A DNA stretch of 64,000 nucleotides from Elusimicrobiales bacterium (GTDB lineage: Bacteria > Elusimicrobiota > Elusimicrobia > Elusimicrobiales > UBA9959): assembly GCA_038204165.1 (NCBI GenBank), contig JBBRDG010000002.1, positions 25,832 to 89,831 of the forward strand, given 5' to 3'. The translations under genes were made by a program, and so were the position numbers. Every line of letters starts with the position of its first letter. The first letter of the stretch is position 1. Positions 60,862 through 64,000 of the stretch are shown piece after piece. The notes beneath the pieces are model-generated. The model worked only from the letters and a program-made list of their open reading frames with translations, ran no database searches and had not been told where the DNA came from.

Positions 60862-62175
60862 ATGACGATCAGCAGATTAAGGGAAATTGGCGTGGCAGTT
60901 TCCCTGTTTTTTTCTTTAGCTATCTTCCTCCTGATCGCGGTTACTTCCCGCCGGATATTGCAGGCGGAGAAAGATTCCGTGTTAGAGGACGTGCGCCTGA
61001 GCACGGGGATATTCGCGCTCAGGGCCGGCGAAACTCTGTTCCCTAAGGCGGACCTGTTTTCCCTGCATTTCCTGGTAACCACCCAGATGACGGACAAGGT
61101 GATAAAGTACGCCATGGTCTCGGACTCGTCCGGACAGATCCGTTCCCATTCGGACCCGGAAAAGATCGGCGCCAAAGATCTGACCACGGAGGGGGAGGCG
61201 GCGCGGCGCTCAAAGATCCCGTTGCGCCAGGTTTTTAAAGGGCCGGACGGCCTGGAGTATTACTATTTTTCGCACCCGGTAAAGCTGGGCGCCAGGAGGC
61301 TGGGGACTGTTGCCGTGGCGGTAAACTCCAAGACTATTAACACCCGCCTGGCCGCCATAAAGCAAAAACTGCTGCTGGTCTTCCTGGCTGCCCTGGCGGC
61401 CATAGTAATGCTGGCCCAAATGCGCTCGCTGCTTAACAGGGAGCGCGCGGCCTCCGCGTTTAAGTCGGCGATGGTGCGCACTGTCAGCCACGAATTCAAC
61501 AACTCGCTTACCGTCCTGTCCGCAGGCATGTTCATGCTGGAGGAAACTGACTCCGGGAAAGGCGATCCTTCCAGGCGTAATCTCTACCGCATGCTGGAGG
61601 CGGAGCGCAAATCGCTGGAACGTTACGTTAAGAATATCCTTAATGAGGCGCGCGTGGAAGCCGGGCGGTTTAAAATAGAAAAAAAACCCATGGCGCTGAA
61701 CGAACTTGTGATCAAGTCGGTTTCCTCTGTCGAGGGACTGATGCGCCAGAAAAACATTTCTTTTTCCCTTGAAATCCCGAAGGAGCCGGTTCTGGTGCTG
61801 GCGGATCATGAAGCCCTGTCGCTTGTGGTGACCAATCTGACGGGCAACGCCGTGAAATATACTCCTAAAGGCGGAGCGCTGAGCGTCAGGCTGGTTTCTG
61901 GCGCTGAAAAAGAGGGGCAGATAACTTTTTACGCTGAAAATTCCGGCGCCGGAATATCCGCCGAAGATATAGAAAAAATCAAAATGGAATTTTTCAGGAC
62001 ATCGGACGGGAAAGCCGCCGCGTCCGGATTCGGGCTGGGCCTCAAGATTTCAAGCGAAATGCTGGCGCTGCACGGCAGCTCCCTTGAAATACAAAGCGAG
62101 CCGGGAAAAAGCTCCCGCTTTTATTTCTCCCTGCCTATAATCGGGTCAGTAAAGAGCCCTGATAAAGCCGCGTAA
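60862..62175 (+). CDS. membrane sensor histidine kinase (orphan), paralog-like H-box
   Basis: Two TM segments flank a ~140-aa extracytoplasmic domain. H-box VSHEFNNSL is identical to that of 53944-55014. HATPase boxes NLTGNAVKYT, NSGAGI and GFGLGL. Confidence 0.8.
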   Translation: MTISRLREIGVAVSLFFSLAIFLLIAVTSRRILQAEKDSVLEDVRLSTGIFALRAGETLFPKADLFSLHFLVTTQMTDKVIKYAMVSDSSGQIRSHSDPEKIGAKDLTTEGEAARRSKIPLRQVFKGPDGLEYYYFSHPVKLGARRLGTVAVAVNSKTINTRLAAIKQKLLLVFLAALAAIVMLAQMRSLLNRERAASAFKSAMVRTVSHEFNNSLTVLSAGMFMLEETDSGKGDPSRRNLYRMLEAERKSLERYVKNILNEARVEAGRFKIEKKPMALNELVIKSVSSVEGLMRQKNISFSLEIPKEPVLVLADHEALSLVVTNLTGNAVKYTPKGGALSVRLVSGAEKEGQITFYAENSGAGISAEDIEKIKMEFFRTSDGKAAASGFGLGLKISSEMLALHGSSLEIQSEPGKSSRFYFSLPIIGSVKSPDKAA

Positions 62176-62194
62176 GCCTAGCCGGAGGAGCTTA

Positions 62195-63532
62195 ATGTAT
62201 AAATTCCCCGAAGACCTGTTCTGCGACGTGCGCATAGAGAAAGTGCGCGACACCTACATAAGCTACCTCAAGGGCGAACTGCGCGAAATGCGCGAGCGCG
62301 ACACCGCCGGCGCCTTTATCCGCGTTTACGACGGCCGGCGCTGGTACTTCTCTTCCATTACCGCGCTGGACAGCGTGCAGGCGGAAATAGACCGCCTGGC
62401 TGGGCTGGCCGCGCCCAGCGCCGGGCTAGCGCAGAACATAGTGGTAAGGAACCTGGCCGGGGAAAAGCGTGAGCCGCATACGTTCTCCGGCAAGGACCTG
62501 CGCGCCGTGCCCCTGGCGCAGAAGAACACCCTGCTTGCTTCCCACTTCCCCGCCGTTGCAGCGGAGAAGGCCATAACCATGTGGTCAGCCTTCTACCAGG
62601 ATACCTGTACCCATAAAGAACTCTACAATTCCAAGGGGGCGCAATTCGTCAACAAGTCGCAGCTCTGCGGCCTGCGCTTCAACCTGACGTTCACCGAGAA
62701 CGGCCGAACCTTCGCGGAAGGAGCCAACCTGGCTGGCGGGGAACTCTCTCAGCTGGATCCCTTCGGGACAGAGCTGCGTAAGCGTCTGGCGCAGTCGCTC
62801 GACTTCCTGCGCAAGTCCGCGCCGGTTAAGCCCGGCAAATACACGGTGGTGCTTTCTCCGCTGGCTGCCGGCGTCTTCGCGCACGAATCCTTCGGCCACA
62901 AGAGCGAGGCCGACTTTATGCTGGGCGACGAGACAATGCGCAAGGAATGGAGCATAGGCCGCAAGCTGGGGCCGGACTTCATACACATAACGGACGACGG
63001 CTCCCGCCCCGGCAGCGGCTACACGCCCTACGACGACGAGGGTACCCCCGCGCACCGGACCCCGCTCATCAAGGACGGCAAGCTGGCCGGCCGCCTGCAC
63101 AGCGCGCAGACCGCAGCGGAACTGGGCGAAGAGCCCACCGGCAACGCCCGCGCGGTAAGCTTCGAGTTCGAGCCCATTGTCCGCATGACCACCACCTATT
63201 TTGAACCTGGCAATATGACAAAAGAGGAGCTCTTCTCCGGCGTCAAGGACGGCCTTTATATTGACACCATAAAGCACGGCTCCGGCCTGAGCACGTTCAC
63301 TATAGCGCCCTCGCTGGCCTATTTCATAAAGGACGGCGTTCTGGCCGGCCCCGCGCAGATCTCGGTTATCTCGGGCAGCGTGTTCGACACGTTCGGGCTG
63401 ATCGACGCTATTTCGGACAAGGTGGAACTGCTGTCCTTTGTGGGCGGCGGCTGCGGCAAGATGGAACAACACCCCCTGCCGGTGGGCTTCGGCGGGCCCT
63501 ATGTGCGCGTGCGCGGCATGGCGGTGCTGTAA
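62195..63532 (+). CDS. tldD: TldD-family metalloprotease
   Basis: HExxxH motif in FAHESFGHKSEAD. C-terminal GxC motif (GGGCGK). 445 aa. Confidence 0.8.
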   Translation: MYKFPEDLFCDVRIEKVRDTYISYLKGELREMRERDTAGAFIRVYDGRRWYFSSITALDSVQAEIDRLAGLAAPSAGLAQNIVVRNLAGEKREPHTFSGKDLRAVPLAQKNTLLASHFPAVAAEKAITMWSAFYQDTCTHKELYNSKGAQFVNKSQLCGLRFNLTFTENGRTFAEGANLAGGELSQLDPFGTELRKRLAQSLDFLRKSAPVKPGKYTVVLSPLAAGVFAHESFGHKSEADFMLGDETMRKEWSIGRKLGPDFIHITDDGSRPGSGYTPYDDEGTPAHRTPLIKDGKLAGRLHSAQTAAELGEEPTGNARAVSFEFEPIVRMTTTYFEPGNMTKEELFSGVKDGLYIDTIKHGSGLSTFTIAPSLAYFIKDGVLAGPAQISVISGSVFDTFGLIDAISDKVELLSFVGGGCGKMEQHPLPVGFGGPYVRVRGMAVL

Positions 63533-63539
63533 GGAACCT

Positions 63540-64000
63540 ATGACGAACGAAACCTACACCCTTACCAACGACGAGGTATCCGTAAAGATCTCCGCTTCCG
63601 CGCCTGAATCCCTGCGCGCCAAGCGCATAAAGCGCACCGGCGTGCGGGTTTACCGGGACGGTTTTATAGGCGTCTCCGGCTTTATGGGCGAAGAGGGGGA
63701 GGCGCAGGCGCGCGAACGCGCGGCCGCGGCGCTGGCCTACAAGATCCCCTATCCCTGTAAGCCCGAAGGCGGCCTTGAGCGGGCCAAGACCGTGGGCGGC
63801 AGGCCCCTTACGCCCGGCGAGCTGGACGCCGAGGTGGCGGCCCTCCTGGCGGCGTTCAAAAAAGATTTCCCGCAGTTCGTATTTTCGTCCCCCGGCATAA
63901 AGTCCGGCACTGACACGGTAACGCTGGCGAATGACGCCGGCCTGCGGCTAACCTCGTCCATTACCGCGCACAACTTCGACATAGTCTATAAGCTGGCTTC
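63540..64000 (+). CDS. pmbA: TldD/PmbA-family protein, N-terminal part (3' end outside the window)
   Basis: Not in the ORF track because no stop occurs before the window end. I translated from ATG 63540 (MTNETYTLTNDEVSVKISAS...GVRVYRDGFIGVSGF...) and the frame stays open to nt 64000. It sits in the typical position of the TldD partner. Confidence 0.65.
   Translation, partial: MTNETYTLTNDEVSVKISASAPESLRAKRIKRTGVRVYRDGFIGVSGFMGEEGEAQARERAAAALAYKIPYPCKPEGGLERAKTVGGRPLTPGELDAEVAALLAAFKKDFPQFVFSSPGIKSGTDTVTLANDAGLRLTSSITAHNFDIVYKLA

Noticed and set aside
1-64000. CRISPR arrays, tRNA/rRNA genes, transposases, integrases, prophage or toxin-antitoxin/defence genes
   Set aside because: I looked through every intergenic gap over 60 nt and all ORFs. 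I saw no regularly spaced direct repeats, no cloverleaf-capable sequences and no recombinase, nuclease or reverse-transcriptase motifs. Very short or degenerate elements could still escape inspection by eye.

Overview
This is a 64-kb chromosomal segment from a GC-rich diderm bacterium. My hand counts of single 60-nt lines run from 32% to 68% GC, and most coding lines are about 57-68%. About 60 protein genes are packed tightly on both strands, often with 1-17 nt overlaps or ATGA start/stop coupling. I found no rRNA, tRNA, CRISPR array, transposase, integrase, phage gene or known defence gene.

Content:
- **Extracytoplasmic proteolysis dominates.** The window holds a thioester alpha-2-macroglobulin (5' end cut by the window), an M6 InhA-like metalloprotease, signal peptidase I, an M18 aminopeptidase, a fused M1+M28+PDZ peptidase, a C11 clostripain-like peptidase, an M14 carboxypeptidase and a TldD/PmbA pair.
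- **Housekeeping genes** include ispA-dxs, a LOG-family protein, adenine deaminase, a phosphopentomutase-like gene, a NupC transporter, pullulanase, ApbE, an RluA-family synthase, PgeF/YfiH and the oadGAB-birA sodium-pumping decarboxylase operon.
- **Regulators** include an ECF sigma/anti-sigma operon, a Cache-HAMP histidine kinase with an NtrC-type sigma-54 activator, and two orphan kinases with an unusual SHEFNNSL H-box.

I see no unambiguous new system. The best candidates are:
1. Two separate protease + PorV-like outer-membrane-barrel cassettes (3.4-8.8 kb and 32.9-35.4 kb). The first has a Por-type C-terminal sorting domain on the cargo, and its barrel carries a Lys/Ala/Pro-rich tail.
2. 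A translationally coupled module of four small Cys-rich or Fe-S membrane genes at 39.1-41.4 kb. It begins with a 98-aa exported fragment resembling the N-terminal cap of AmmeMemoRadiSam-type radical SAM enzymes.
3. An ECF sigma operon carrying CpaB/RcpC-like and LUD-domain genes.
4. A sigma-54 promoter (TGGCATG-N4-TTGC) between the NtrC-type regulator and a DUF4398-DUF4398-Pal envelope operon.

Non-coding observations are a roughly 126-nt multi-stem inverted repeat at 2814-2939 and four TATAGGNCC boxes at 41353-41421.

All family assignments rest on motif recognition by eye and need HMM or structure confirmation.
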